A DNA stretch of 64,000 nucleotides, taken from the NCBI GenBank assembly GCA_019828565.1, contig JAHDYR010000064.1, positions 1 through 64,000 of the forward strand, written 5' to 3'. The notes below the pieces were generated by a model. That model saw only the letters and a program-made list of their open reading frames with translations. It was not told the origin of the DNA and did no database searches. Origin of the DNA: Carpediemonas membranifera BICM. Its lineage: Eukaryota; Protista; Fornicata. A program made the position numbers and the translations under genes. The stretch's first letter is position 1. Each line of letters starts with the position of its first letter. Shown here one piece after another: positions 46,990-60,003 of this stretch.

Positions 46990-49900
46990 ATGCGAATAGT
47001 CTCCCTTAACAGCCAAGGACACTTAACGGGCAATGAAGACTACAGCGGATCTATAGCGGTAGCGCTTCGCAAGCACACGAGCCCGGACGCCCTCCTCTTG
47101 CAGGAAACATTCAGGTACGGTAACTCCGTAGTCCCCTGTTGGGCGGACCTACAATACGCATGTGCAGGGCACGCCAAACCCATCAAGGCTCGAAAGGGCA
47201 AGATTAACCTAGGCGTAGCCACGGTGATCAGCCCACATTCACAGGCAACCTGGGATGTAGGAGTATCTGACGGCACGAACCCCCCGAGTTCAAGTTAGCA
47301 TCCTCGAAACCTCAAGGGCTATCGCGGTCATCAACATATACGCCCCTCCAAGTGACCGCAGCGCAGCGGAGCTAGACCGCTTCGACCAACAGCTGGAAAA
47401 CATCGTCAGAGAGTACCACGGCTTCGAGATAATCATCATGGGGGACTGGAACCGTGACCCGCGGAGCCTGCGCCATGCCACCAGCGCCACACTACAGCGA
47501 AACAATCTAGACCTAGTTTTCCCTCGTCTCACACATACATGAGTGGGAATACCACCTCAACGCTGGATTATGCAGCTGTATCTGGGGGGATCACGAGGGC
47601 CAAAGCTAGAGTCATTGACAAAAGCTGAGATGGGGCATTGGGGCTCCCCCATAGGGCAGTGGAGCTAACCTGGGACGAACCGCATTGGAAGAAACAACCG
47701 GCCAAACCCAAGCTGGAAATCCCAGGAACAACCACCTGGAATGTCCTCCCAGAGCGCAACGGGGGAAAGGGCAAGGGAATGGCCGCAACCCGATGTGGAG
47801 CTCCATGTAGATACAATCGAGTACCAAATACGGGAACTCTTATCGGTGGGATTTCAAACTTCCGCTAGGAACGTCAGACCAGGGAGATCGCAAAAAGGAT
47901 CCCGGAGAACGTATGGAAGCAACTCATCCTAGCCCGATGGAACAAAGCGGGGGCCGCGGAAATCAAGCGGACCCTGAACAACGAGCTCCAGAAGTCATGG
48001 AAAAGCTTCAAGGAGGAGTGGACGCAGCAGGTGGAAAACAGCGCAAGGGCAGGGTATAAGACCACCAAGAAGGTCATAGCAAACCAGGTCCACAGGTTCT
48101 GGAACGAGAAACAACACGCAGGGCTACCGGCGATGCTCAGAGGAAAGAGGTCGATCTTAACAAGGGAAAACGAGATAGCTAGGGAGCTGCAGAGGCAATA
48201 CGCCCAAGTCAGTAGTGGCATAGCACCTAGTTGGGACCAGATCCCGGCGGCCCAAACAACTGATCAACCCCCACGGAGGAGGAGGTCACGGCCGCCATCA
48301 AGTCCCTGAAGAAATCATCGGCAGGAGGCCCGGATGGTATCACGGGCGAATGTCTGAGAGACCTCCCCCAGGCGGCTTACAGGGCAATCACATGCCTCTT
48401 CCAGAAAGTATACGAGTCTGGGGAACTACCCACCACGTGGAAGTACGCCTCCATCTCCCCGATACACAAAGTAGGGAAAGATAAGCTACTGCCAGGATCC
48501 TACCGACCCATCTCACTCACCCCCTCCTCTACCGAGCATATGGGAAGGTACTCAAATGGAGGCTCAAACCAACAGTTGAGAGGCACACCCCCAGAGAGCA
48601 GATCGGCTTCATGAAGGGAAAGACAGTCATAGACCACATCGCCCTCCTAACCCAACTGCACCAAGAAGGAGACCGGACCAGCGTGCTGCTCGACATTGCA
48701 AAGGCGTACGACACGGTTCCCAGGGACATCCTAGTCAGCAAGCTGATCAATATGGGTGTACACCCCCACCTAGTCAGAGCAGTACAAAGCACAATGGAGA
48801 GGACCTACATTGCGGTAAGGGGATCCGACCTATGGTCCGAAACGAACCTAGGAGTCAAGCAAGGTTGCGTGGTCGCCCCCACCCTATTCATACTATTTAC
48901 GGCCAACTGGATTAGCCAGGCGTCACTCAGAATACAGTACGGCGAGATACCAGACCCGAAGCTTCCCCCCACCCACCACAGACCCGGGAATGGCATCATA
49001 GCAATGTTCGTAGACGAAACGAGCATCTCGGCAAAGAAAGAAAAATGATGCGGAGTCCCTCACCGCCGCAATGGTGGAAGTGATAGTGGCACACAAGCTG
49101 TGTATCAGCCCAGGAAAGAACATCGTCATAAGTACCAATCCAAATGCGGAAGTGCGAATTCAAGGGGAGGCCACCCGAGCAGCGGAGTCAGGCCGATACT
49201 TGGGACTCTGGATAGCAAGTGGCTCTCATCCGCTCAGCGCATGCATCGCAAAGAAAAGAGAACAGTCGAACAAGTACATCGCCCTCGCCCGGAGAGTGGG
49301 ATGGACTAAAGGCTCCACGCCCGCGGCTGTCTCCGAGTCCATCCTCCGCACCTTCCTATGGCCAAAGATCGAATTCGGAATCGAAATCTGGGGCCAAGTC
49401 CCAGGAGGCAGAAGGCTTTGGAACGACTGGCGAGGACTCATGGCGGGAACCGGACCCGGTGGAGGGGGTGTCGCCCGCCTGATGATGGGATGGATGTGCT
49501 GGGAAGCGGACATGGGTGTAAGAGCGGTTAGAATCCGCGAATCGGCCCGGGACCCTGACCGCCCATCGCCCCTAGCGGACTTCGACTGGGGAAGAGCGAA
49601 CCCCAAGTCCGTTATCGGAAAGCTGAACAAGTGGGCAGACAACGTACTAGATCTGGCCCCCTAGCGACCTTCACGGACCCAGACCCAGAGCAATAGCCGG
49701 GGGATGGAAGATGACAGCACGAGACATCGCCACCAAAGGTAGCCGAACAGCCAAGGCGGCCGCCGAAGTGCTAGCTGCGGAGGCAATGCAAACAATGGCA
49801 GGCGGGAGAGCACCCAAGAAACCAAAGATTATCAGAGGGGAGATGATGCTCAGGAGGGAGCTGAAGAGGGTAGTTGCAACAGCCTCCAACACGCTCCCCC

Positions 49901-50364
49901 TCCGCTAGCAACAGCCACACAACTCGAGGAGCCGCGCTCATCATAAGCAGGAGGTACCCTGGGCAGGAAATGCTCTGCGACCGTATCCAAAGAATATGCC
50001 CGATATGCACACTCGCAGCCGAACGCGAATTGATCAACTACCTCCAACTATACCCCCCCCAGGCGCAGGCGCTAGTGGCAGTAGCCGGGTGGCTGGAAGA
50101 CCAACCGCTAGGAACACAAAGCCACATCATAGCGGGAGTGCCAGGGCGTCGGCCGCCCAAGTGGGTGGGAGCAGTGCTGGGAAGCTGCGGCAACACACAC
50201 CATGGCAAGTAGGCTGCGGCACGGCCCAGATGGGGAGTGGTATAACTCCAGGGCCATATTGGAGCTCCACTGGCTACTGCAACAGGAGGATGAAACAGTG
50301 AAGGAGGGTCTATTATGCGGGAAAAAGGCCCTCATGAACCTCAGAACAGGCCCAGACCCCCTAG
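46990..50364 (+). CDS. Family B ORF2: APE endonuclease + RT + CCHC-like domain (frameshifted)
   Basis: LLLQET, NIYAP, IMGDWN, LDY; YRPISL, LDIAKAYDTV, GVKQG, MFVD(E), RYLG; CPIC...HIIAEC. Confidence 0.92.
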
Positions 50365-50434
50365 GAGGAAAGCCCTGGGTGAAGACAAGGCACAGGGCGG
50401 AACATTCCTGGAACCGGCGGGAGGTGTTTTCCCC

Positions 50435-50650
50435 CCACATGTTCCGGTAGCGCCCGGCCGCACACCCAACCCAACCCACGCAGCAAGGGGAGCACTCTGA
50501 TGCCTGCATCACACTTGAAACAACTCCCCCACCACCAAGAGGGGGACAGGCCCAACCCACAGGGCGGCCTGGAAAGGTGGCCCGAGCACCGACCCCAAGC
50601 GCAGCGGGCCTGGAACCAATGAGGACAACACCACATGTTCCGGTAGCGCC
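50435..50650 (+). repeat. 20-bp direct repeat CCACATGTTCCGGTAGCGCC x2 in the family B 3' UTR
   Basis: Copies at 50435-50454 and 50631-50650. Confidence 0.85.
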
Positions 50651-51541
50651 AGGCGGAGGGAAGGCTGCAAAGGACCACTAAGGGACAACCGCATACAACA
50701 AGCACGAAATAGGGAAGGCCTGGCAAAACAGCTGGGCCAGTAGGGCGCAAGCGTCCGGACAAGCAGTCCGGCGCATCCCTCCGGCGCGCAAGGGGGTACC
50801 CCCTCCCCACACAGTGGGGGCGCACCAGGAGGATGATGCATGGCAGACTGGCGGAGGTACTGGATGACGCAAGAAGCTACCCACTCCGTCGGTAACCTGC
50901 CGGGAAGGCAGGGCCATCCTGATGTGGCCCGGCGCCTAGCCAGGAACACTGGAAGACGTGGCAACCGCCCCTGGGAGCTCCCCCCGATAATGGGAACCTG
51001 GAGTGAAATCGGACAGCGCTAGATGAGCCCGAACGCAGCCGGCAAGTCCGTGGAAGTCTACCTACGCGGCGTCGGTGGGTTCCTAACCCGGCCCAGCTGG
51101 TACGGCGAACTCTAGACCCGACCCCGCCTGGCGGGTGCCTGAAACATGGCGAGCGGGTCGAGGAAACCCCAGGACCTCCCTAGGGGACCCGGGGGAGAGG
51201 GGAAACGTACGGAAGGTCCCTGACAGCAGCGTGCAGGGCAAGGCTTTGTAGGTGCCAGGCAGACCTGGGACCCAAAGGGCCCCTAAGAGTAAGACCTGGG
51301 TTAGCCTAACTTTGGGGGTATTAATGTGGCCATGTATAGGATCCCTCTAGCGTACCAGCTAGGCCTTGACGGCCGTTGTTCACGCCCTCTTAGGAAGTGT
51401 TAGGTGTGCTCTGTAGAGGTACCAACACGCTTAGGCGTTCCTCGAAGGGGTGACACAAACTGTGACATTCAGCTTACACAGCAGGACGAGTAGCAGGACA
51501 CATTAAATTCTTTCTTTCTTCTTTCTGTATCACCGAGCCTC

Positions 51542-53008
51542 TCGCGCACATGCTTCTTGAGGCCAAGAGCGCCAAACTCGTCGCCCGAGAGCCCATCACG
51601 GCCACCCCGGCCTTCGGCAGTACCCTATCTGTGGATGAGTTCATCGAGACCTCCCTCACTGCCACCCTAGTCGGTAGCCCGGTCCACACCACGATCATCG
51701 CCGCCGTCATTCCCGGACAATCTCAGAAGGTTCTGATTGGGACCGACACGCTACGGAGCCTGGGAGTCCTGTGTAAGGACGAGCTATTCCTGAAGCTCAG
51801 CGCCCAGCCCGACAACCCCAAGGATGACGATATCCCGCTACCTGTGTTCTCCATCGCTCCAGCCACCGAGGACCCGCTATCGCTCATTCAGATCCCGAAC
51901 GACGACCTCCGCCCGGAGATAGTTGAGCTCGTGAATCAATACGCCGAGCTCTTCAGCGATATTCCCCCAGAGGGCGCCAATGTGCCGCCGATGCACATCC
52001 CCATCGCGGAAGATGCCCCTCTAGTCCAGTCTGCACCGCGCCGTCTTGCCCCGCAGGCCAGAGACGCAGTCGATGCTGAATGCGAGCGCCTCCTTCAGGC
52101 CGGCATCATCGAGCCGAGCCAAGGCCCTTGGGCCAGCCCCATTGTTGTGGTCGGAAAGAAGGACGGACGCATGAGACTGTGCGTTGATTACACGCAGATC
52201 AACCGCCTGACGCCGCCAGACAACTTCCCGCTACCTAACATCCGGGAGTTCCTTCGCGCAGCCGCAGGCTGCACGGTGTTTGCCTCGCTAGACCTCAAGC
52301 AAGGCTATCACCAGGCCCCACTTCGAGAGGAAGACCGTCCGCTGTCAGCCTTTGTCACACCCGACGGATACTTCCAGTACCGCCGGGTCCCCTTCGGCCT
52401 CACCCGTGCCCCCGTCCTATTTCCAACGCATCATGCAAACAGTACTAGCACCCGTGCTCCACCGTGGCGTGGAAGTATACCTAGACGACGTCCTCATCTA
52501 TGCTAGGTCTCCCAAGGAATTCATGACGATCCTTGGCTGCGTCTTCGAGCTCCTCCGGAAGGCCCGCCTCCGCCTCGGAGCCGCCAAATGCACGCTCGGT
52601 GCCTCAGAGATCACTTCTGTTGGGTTCATCATGGACAAACAGGGCATCAGAGTGACCGAAGACCGCATCAAGGCTCTCACGGAGCTCCGTAGCCCTTGCA
52701 ACCTGAAGGAGCTGCGCATGGTGCTGGGTAAGTTCAACTATGTGGCCCGACACCTCCCCCAAGCTCAGAAACACCTCGCGACGCTGTCGGAGCTCTTGGC
52801 TGGCGTCCCCGCAAAGGCAGGCTCCAAGAACCGCAGCAAGACGGTCACCATCACCTGGGAGGCTCGCCACGAGCATGCCCTCACCTGCCTTAAAGAGCAG
52901 GTCCGCTCCCGGGTCACCCTGGCCTATCCCGACCTGTCGAAGGAGTGGCATCTGTTCACCGACGCCTCAACGCAGGGAGTAGGCGGTGTACTTATCCAAG
53001 GCCGACCA
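51542..53008 (+). pseudogene. Gypsy G3 continuation: protease C-half, RT, start of RNase H
   Basis: LIGTD, WASPIVVV, LDLKQGYHQ, VPFGL, YLDD, FTDAS; truncated at 53008. Confidence 0.9.
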
Positions 53009-53025
53009 AGAAAGAAAGAAAGAAT

Positions 53026-55950
53026 CTCGTTGACACTGAGGGAGCTGAAGGCCCTAGCCGCGACCGACAGCGACGAGTTCATAGTTTCAGAGGTCTCAGC
53101 CCACAGAAAGACCAAGTCTGGCTATGAGTTTGAAGTGCAATGGGCAGGCTTTGAGCCTGAAGAGGCCTCATGGCTCCCATGGTCCGAGGTTAGATCCCTC
53201 GAGGCTATCGACAAGTACTTCACTCAGCATCCTGAGCTAGAAGGAAAAATTAAACGCTAACAGCACAGCAATAGCGGTCATTGAGCCTTTCAAAGACACT
53301 GATGTTGTTATTTAGATGTTTCGACAAGGTTTTGAGCCGTCACTTGCAGCTTTCCGCCAACAGAAGGAAAAATCGGCCAGAACTCGCCAACGAAGCGTTG
53401 TTGAGGCTCAATAACACGTGATTTGAAGGTAACATACTGATAGCTGCTTAGTACTACCTTCATTGTACAAATACCGATTCTCATCCCCAAATGCCTCAAA
53501 GAATTACGCTACGCATTTATGCAAAAGTATAAGCGCAAAGAGAGCTCCAATACCTCCAAAGAAAAAAGAAGAGGGAGGCACTGTTGCTATCATACCCTAC
53601 CACGGCCATAGATAGCAATATCGCAAGATATATTTATAGATACAGAATTAGATACAGATATTTGATTTCGGCCATTTATGCATATGTGGTCTAAACCCCC
53701 TATTAAACACTCTTCGTTTACGCACTTGCAATTGCCGTACAGGTTAGATGCGTCACTGATGTAGCACAAGTTACGGTTGTCGGTGTTGATCACGAATCTC
53801 CGACCCTGGAGGAGAGCTCTTGCCCTCTTCACGCACTATATAATCCCGTACGCTTCCTGTTCGTACGTTGACCACCGCCGTTCTGTCGGACTGAGCGTCT
53901 TGGGGAAATACTGGTAGGGTCTGAATCTCCCCTTGTCATCGTACTGCCCTAGTACCCCGCCTACTCCTACGTTAGAATCATCTGTGAACAGGTGTAGAGT
54001 CTTGTCCGGGTCTACGTGTGCTAAGAAAGCCTCATCACTAGTCAGCTAAATTTTTTTCACCCTGTCCAAGGCAGCCTGGCACTCAGTTGTCAACTGAAAC
54101 TGGACACCCTTCCTCGTCAGTCTCAGGATAGGTTCCATGAGCTCGGCATAAGAGGGTATCACATCCCTGAAGGAGTTGACGAGACCCGTCAGTGGTAGTA
54201 GCTCACTGCTATCCCTCGGTGCAGCCATCTCCTTCACCGGCCTCAGTCTCTCCGGGCTTATTTCCTTCCCAGCCTGCGAGATCTTCCATCCCAGGTAGTC
54301 AATCTCTGTTAAGCCGTACTGGCACTTCTCGTCGTTCAGAATGATCTTCGCCTGTGCCAGGCGCTCCTTCACTCTGGCCAGGTTGTCCTCATACTCCTCT
54401 CTCGTCCGGCCGTAGACGACTATGTCGTCAATATAGACTAGACATGCTGTGTATACTAGGCCCCCTGTGCTTGGTTTGGCCTTGAAGGGAACTTTCCAAT
54501 TAATGGATGAGAACTGATTTTCTCCTGGAAACCGCAGTGGTGAAAATGGTCAAAAACCAAAACCTTAAACTGCGCCTCACCACACTACCCTCTCTATTAC
54601 AGCTGAATGCCGGTCTTCGACAAGTACCGGTCGAGGGCTTCGAGGTCACGGACCTCGGCATAGGGAAGCCAGGTGTCGTCATCGGGACCGTAGCCGGCCC
54701 AGCGGACACGGAAACGGAAACGGGTCTTGGTACGAAAGAAAGAATAGAAAGAAAAGAATTTAATGTGTCCTGCTACTCGTCCTGCTGTGTAAGCTGAATG
54801 TCACAGTTTGTGTCACCCCTTCGAGGAACGCCTAAGCGTGTTGGTACCTCTACAGAGCACACCTAACACTTCCTAAGAGGGCGTGAACAACGGCCGTCAA
54901 GGCCTAGCTGGTACGCTAGAGGGATCCTATACATGGCCACATTAATACCCCCAAAGTTAGGCTAACCCAGGTCTTACTCTTAGGGGCCCTTTGGGTCCCA
55001 GGTCTGCCTGGCACCTACAAAGCCTTGCCCTGCACGCTGCTGTCAGGGACCTTCCGTACGTTTCCCCTCTCCCCCGGGTCCCCTAGGGAGGTCCTGGGGT
55101 TTCCTCGACCCGCTCGCCATGTTTCAGGCACCCGCCAGGGCGGGGTCGGGTCTAGAGTTCGCCGTACCAGCTGGGCCGGGTTAGGAACCCACCGACGCCG
55201 CGTAGGTAGACTTCCACGGACTTGCCGGCTGCGTTCGGGCTCATCTAGCGCTGTCCGATTTCACTCCAGGTTCCCATTATCGGGGGGGAGCTCCCAGGGG
55301 CGGTTGCCACGTCTTCCAGTGTTCCTGGCTAGGCGCCGGGCCACATCAGGATGGCCCTGCCTTCCCGGCAGGTTACCGACGGAGTGGGTAGCTTCTTGCG
55401 TCATCCAGTACCTCCGCCAGTCTGCCATGCATCATCCTCCTGGTGCGCCCCCACTGTGTGGGGAGGGGGTACCCCCTTGCGCGCCGGAGGGATGCGCCGG
55501 ACTGCTTGTCCGGACGCTTGCGCCCTACTGGCCCAGCTGTTTTGCCAGGCCTTCCCTATTTCGTGCTTGTTGTATGCGGTTGTCCCTTAGTGGTCCTTTG
55601 CAGCCTTCCCTCCGCCTGGCGCTACCGGAACATGTGGTGTTGTCCTCATTGGTTCCAGGCCCGCTGCGCTTGGGGTCGGTGCTCGGGCCACCTTTCCAGG
55701 CCGCCCTGTGGGTTGGGCCTGTCCCCTCTTGGTGGTGGGGGAGTTGTTTCAAGTGTGATGCAGGCATCAGAGTGCTCCCCTTGCTGCGTGGGTTGGGTTG
55801 GGTGTGCGGCCGGGCGCTACCGGAACATGTGGGGGGAAAACACCTCCCGCCGGTTCCAGGAATGTTCCGCCCTGTGCCTTGTCTTCACCCAGGGCTTTCC
55901 TCCTAGGGGTCTGGGCCTGTTCTGAGGTTCATGAGGGCCTTTTTCCCGCA
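53026..55950 (-). repeat. Inverted segmental duplicate of ~29788-32712 (B 3' end, G4, G5, G2 3' LTR at 53582-53741 and chromodomain)
   Basis: Near-identical reverse complement including all internal junctions. Confidence 0.93.
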
Positions 55951-58900
55951 TAATAGACCCTCCTTCACTGTTTCATCCTCCTGTTGCAGTAGCCAGTGGA
56001 GCTCCAATATGGCCCTGGAGTTATACCACTCCCCATCTGGGCCGTGCCGCAGCCTACTTGCCATGGTGTGTGTTGCCGCAGCTTCCCAGCACTGCTCCCA
56101 CCCACTTGGGCGGCCGACGCCCTGGCACTCCGCTATGATGTGGCTTTGTGTTCCTAGCGGTTGGTCTTCCAGCCACCCGGCTACTGCCACTAGCGCCTGC
56201 GCCTGGGGGGGGTATAGTTGGAGGTAGTTGATCAATTCGCGTTCGGCTGCGAGTGTGCATATCGGGCATATTCTTTGGATACGGTCGCAGAGCATTTCCT
56301 GCCCAGGGTACCTCCTGCTTATGATGAGCGCGGCTCCTCGAGTTGTGTGGCTGTTGCTAGCGGAGGGGAGCGTGTTGGAGGCTGTTGCAACTACCCTCTT
56401 CAGCTCCCTCCTGAGCATCATCTCCCCTCTGATAATCTTTGGTTTCTTGGGTGCTCTCCCGCCTGCCATTGTTTGCATTGCCTCCGCAGCTAGCACTTCG
56501 GCGGCCGCCTTGGCTGTTCGGCTACCTTTGGTGGCGATGTCTCGTGCTGTCATCTTCCATCCCCCGGCTATTGCTCTGGGTCTGGGTCCGTGAAGGTCGC
56601 TAGGGGCCAGATCTAGTACGTTGTCTGCCCACTTGTTCAGCTTTCCGATAACGGACTTGGGGTTCGCTCTTCCCCAGTCGAAGTCCGCTAGGGGCGATGG
56701 GCGGTCAGGGTCCCGGGCCGATTCGCGGATTCTAACCGCTCTTACACCCATGTCCGCTTCCCAGCACATCCATCCCATCATCAGGCGGGCGACACCCCCT
56801 CCACCGGGTCCGGTTCCCGCCATGAGTCCTCGCCAGTCGTTCCAAAGCCTTCTGCCTCCTGGGACTTGGCCCCAGATTTCGATTCCGAATTCGATCTTTG
56901 GCCATAGGAAGGTGCGGAGGATGGACTCGGAGACAGCCGCGGGCGTGGAGCCTTTAGTCCATCCCACTCTCCGGGCGAGGGCGATGTACTTGTTCGACTG
57001 TTCTCTTTTCTTTGCGATGCATGCGCTGAGCGGATGAGGGCCACTTGCTATCCAGAGTCCCAAGTATCGGCCTGACTCCGCTGCTCGGGTGGCCTCCCCT
57101 TGAATTCGCACTTCCGCATTTGGATTGGTACTTATGACGATGTTCTTTCCTGGGCTGATACACAGCTTGTGTGCCACTATCACTTCCACCATTGCGGCGG
57201 TGAGGGACTCCGCATCATTTTTCTTTCTTTGCCGAGATGCTCGTATCGTCTACGAACATTGCTATGATGCCATTCCCGGGTCTGTGGTGGGTGGGGGAAG
57301 CTTCGGGTCTGGTATCTCGCCGTACTGTATTCTGAGTGACGCCTGGCTAATCCAGTTGGCCGTAAATAGTATGAATAGGGTGGGGGCGACCACGCAACCT
57401 TGCTTGACTCCTAGGTTCGTTTCGGACCATAGGTCGGATCCCCTTACCGCAATGTAGGTCCTCTCCATTGTGCTTTGTACTGCTCTGACTAGGTGGGGGT
57501 GTACACCCATATTGATCAGCTTGCTGACTAGGATGTCCCTGGGAACCGTGTCGTACGCCTTTGCAATGTCGAGCAGCACGCTGGTCCGGTCTCCTTCTTG
57601 GTGCAGTTGGGTTAGGAGGGCGATGTGGTCTATGACTGTCTTTCCCTTCATGAAGCCGATCTGCTCTCTGGGGGTGTGCCTCTCAACTGTTGGTTTGAGC
57701 CTCCATTTGAGTACCTTCCCATATGCTCGGTAGAGGAGGGGGGGTGAGTGAGATGGGTCGGTAGGATCCTGGCAGTAGCTTATCTTTCCCTACTTTGTGT
57801 ATCGGGGAGATGGAGGCGTACTTCCACGTGGTGGGTAGTTCCCCAGACTCGTATACTTTCTGGAAGAGGCATGTGATTGCCCTGTAAGCCGCCTGGGGAG
57901 GTCTCTCAGACATTCGCCCGTGATATCATCCGGGCCTCCTGCCGATGATTTCTTCAGGGACTTGATGGCGGCCGTGACCTCCTCCTCCGTGGGGGGTTGA
58001 TCAGTTGTTTGGGCCGCCGGGATCTGGTCCCAACTAGGTGCTATGCCACTACTGACTTGGGCGTATTGCCTCTGCAGCTCCCCTAGCTATCTCGTTTTCC
58101 CTTGTTAAGATCGACCTCTTTCCTCTGAGCATCGCCGGTAGCCCTGCGTGTTGTTTCTCGTTCCAGAACCTGTGGACCTGGTTTGCTATGACCTTCTTGG
58201 TGGTCTTATACCCTGCCCTTGCGCTGTTTTCCACCTGCTGCGTCCACTCCTCCTTGAAGCTTTTCCATGACTTCTGGAGCTCGTTGTTCAGGGTCCGCTT
58301 GATTTCCGCGGCCCCCGCTTTGTTCCATCGGGCTAGGATGAGTTGCTTCCATACGTTCTCCGGGATCCTTTTTTTGCGATCTCCCTGGTCTGACGTTCCT
58401 AGCGGAAGTTTGAAATCCCACCGATAAGAGTTCCCGTATTTGGTACTCGATTGTATCTACATGGAGCTCCACATCGGGTTGCGGCCATTCCCTTGCCCTT
58501 TCCCCGTTGCGCTCTGGGAGGACATTCCAGGTGGTTGTTCCTGGGATTTCCAGCTTGGGTTTGGCCGGTTGTTTCTTCCAATGCGGTTCGTCCCAGGTTA
58601 GCTCCACTGCCCTATGGGGGAGCCCCAATGCCCCATCTCAGCTTTGTCAATGACTCTAGCTTTGGCCCTCGTGATCCCCCCAGATACAGCTGCATAATCC
58701 AGCGTTGAGGTGGTATTCCCACTCATGTATGTGTGAGACGAGGGGAAAACAAGGTCTAGATTGTTTCGCTGTAGTGTGGCGCTGGTGGCATGGCGCAGGC
58801 TCCGCGGGTCACGGTTCCAGTCCCCCATGATGATTATCTCGAAGCCGTGGTACTCTCTGACGATGTTTTCCAGCTGTTGGTCGAAGCGGTCTAGCTCCGC

Positions 58901-59276
58901 TGCGCTGCGGTCACTTGGAGGGGCGTATATGTTGATGACCGCGATAGCCCTTGAGGTTTCGAGGATGCTAACTTGAACTCGGGGGTTCGTGCCGTCAGAT
59001 ACTCCTACATCCCAGGTTGCCTGTGAATGTGGGCTGATCACCGTGGCTACGCCTAGGGTTAATCTTGCCCTTTCGAGCCTTGATGGGTTTGGCGTGCCCT
59101 GCACATGCGTATTGTAGGTCCGCCCAACAGGGGACTACGGAGTTACCGTACCTGAATGTTTCCTGCAAGAGGAGGGCGTCCGGGCTCGTGTGCTTGCGAA
59201 GCGCTACCGCTATAGATCCGCTGTAGTCTTCATTGCCCGTTAAGTGTCCTTGGCTGTTAAGGGAGACTATTCGCAT
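55903..59276 (-). CDS. Family B copy 2 ORF2 (APE-RT; frameshifted; FVDD intact)
   Basis: Same motifs as 46990-50364. Confidence 0.9.
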
Positions 59277-60003
59277 TCAGGTTGTTACTGCCTTAACCTG
59301 CACTCCTTATTCTGCACTACCTGCACACTTTCATCTTGTTGTTGGGGTTTAGCATCTGCATAGTTGCCTTCCCAATGGGTGAGCGCCTATGTCGTCGTTG
59401 TTTAGCACGTTGGGTGGGCCGCTTCCCGCCCTGTGGGTTGTTGGTGGGCGGCCCGGGTAGGCGTCTTCTTTGCCCTTGATATTTCTCCAGGACCCAGAAG
59501 CATGCGCCATTCACATGGGGTGCTTGGCCAGAACGGCTGCTTCCTCCAGAGTCCCCAGACGTGGCCCAGGTTCCCTCTTGGAGCTGACCTAGGGTGTACC
59601 ACCCCTTTCACTGGCCGCGCCCTCGCGGTGCTTGTCGGGACTTTCGTGCCAGTCTCTATAGCGCTTCTGGCCTCGCACATTGGCAGCATCGTTACCTAAC
59701 TACGCATAGGTGGGAGCGACTCCTTTCGGCGCCCCTCCCAAGGCTGGAGTTCCAGCCTGCCGGACAGGCGGGTCCTCGATGGCGTTCCAACTGCCTCTTA
59801 CCCGCCCCCCGGTCCCTGCGGGGAACAGGGGTTTTAAGAAAAGAAAAGTCACCCGGGCATTGGCGCCAGTACAGCCCTTCTGGCGGGCTCCAACGCTGCA
59901 CCTATTCCGGCGCCTTCACTTCACCTAGTCCTACACTAACGTGCTATATATACACATCCCTTTAGACTCTGCACTCTTCCCTCCACTGCTTTGGTATGGC
60001 TCG

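Larger units (their letters stand above)
40209..51525 (+). mobile_element. Full-length non-LTR retrotransposon family B (11.3 kb)
   Basis: 16-bp TSD TGTATCACCGAGCCTC (40193-40208, 51526-51541); ATTAAA + (TTTC)n tail; excision restores the G3 protease DTGASVTCITEPLAHMLLEAK. Confidence 0.95.

Noticed and set aside
41953-50364. Programmed frameshifting as the cause of fragmented ORF1/ORF2
   Set aside because: Most breaks are in homopolymers and differ between near-identical copies, consistent with sequencing error. The shared one at ~49045 needs read checking.
55025-55925. ORFs antisense to the family B 3' UTR
   Set aside because: Frames differ among the three copies and have no protein-level counterpart in family A.
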